DNA of 64,000 nt, taken from contig CATNAD010000005.1 in assembly GCA_950087855.1 (NCBI GenBank), positions 7,816-71,815 on the forward strand. The letters run 5' to 3'. How positions within the stretch are numbered: position 1 is the first letter of the stretch; every line of letters begins with the position of its first letter. The position numbers and the translations under genes were made by a program. Below are positions 63,973 to 64,000 of this stretch, piece by piece. Origin of the DNA: an uncultured Lachnospiraceae bacterium (GTDB lineage: Bacteria > Bacillota > Clostridia > Lachnospirales > Lachnospiraceae). A model generated the notes under the pieces. That model did no database searches and had not been told where the DNA came from. It saw only the letters and a program-made list of their open reading frames with translations.

Positions 63973-64000
63973 TTTGAGCCTCCGGCGGATGCGCAGAAAA

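Noticed and set aside
1-64000. Search by eye for tRNA, rRNA, tmRNA or known riboswitch sequences, for example as the ICE integration target or upstream of purF.
   Set aside because: I recognised no cloverleaf-like or rRNA-like conserved sequence. The purF leader is only about 60 nt. A covariance-model scan (tRNAscan-SE, Infernal/Rfam) would be needed to exclude them formally.

Overview
This window looks like chromosome from a Gram-positive anaerobe, probably Clostridia. That placement is inferred from SpoVG, a sortase-type sorting signal, a Firmicutes-type conjugation gene set and the rpsB-tsf locus. It has three parts. (1) 1-15.6 kb is GC-rich core genome. It carries a minus-strand sugar operon (DhaK/DhaL-type kinase, RpiB-family isomerase, TIM-barrel ketose epimerase/isomerase, PMI-like cupin), a CNNM/CorC-type membrane protein, a decayed YafY-type regulator, a Cof-type HAD hydrolase, a MacB/FtsX-type ABC transporter whose permease has a very long coiled-coil insert, a Na/Pi cotransporter and rpsB-tsf. 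(2) About 15.6-61.3 kb is an integrative conjugative element of roughly 45 kb, inserted just after the tsf terminator. It encodes VirB2/B3/B4/B6-like proteins, a CHAP hydrolase, a VirD4-type coupling protein, a MobL/MOBP-type relaxase fused to Sel1 repeats, a Toprim primase-like protein, a thioester/VaFE surface adhesin, an excisionase and a tyrosine integrase. Several visibly AT-rich cargo patches sit in this backbone: a HEPN-NB-ARC(STAND)-TPR protein (17.8-20.2 kb), an FRG-domain protein (40.0-41.0 kb), a LytTR/AgrC-like two-component module with secreted proteins (47.9-53.0 kb), and beyond the integrase a putative defence islet (56.9-61.2 kb). The islet holds an ABC-ATPase fused to a TOPRIM/DUF4435-like domain, an unknown 313-aa Cys-rich partner and a DUF1016/YhcG PDDEXK nuclease. 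The backbone also carries an amidoligase + gamma-glutamylcyclotransferase pair, an orphan Dam-type methylase and a MazF toxin with a non-canonical upstream partner. (3) 61.4-64 kb holds a decayed IS701/IS4-like transposase remnant and purF. I saw no rRNA, tRNA or CRISPR array. The best candidates for an undescribed system are the ATPase/TOPRIM + unknown-partner operon next to int and the HEPN-STAND single-gene module. All family assignments come from reading motifs in the supplied translations, not from database searches.
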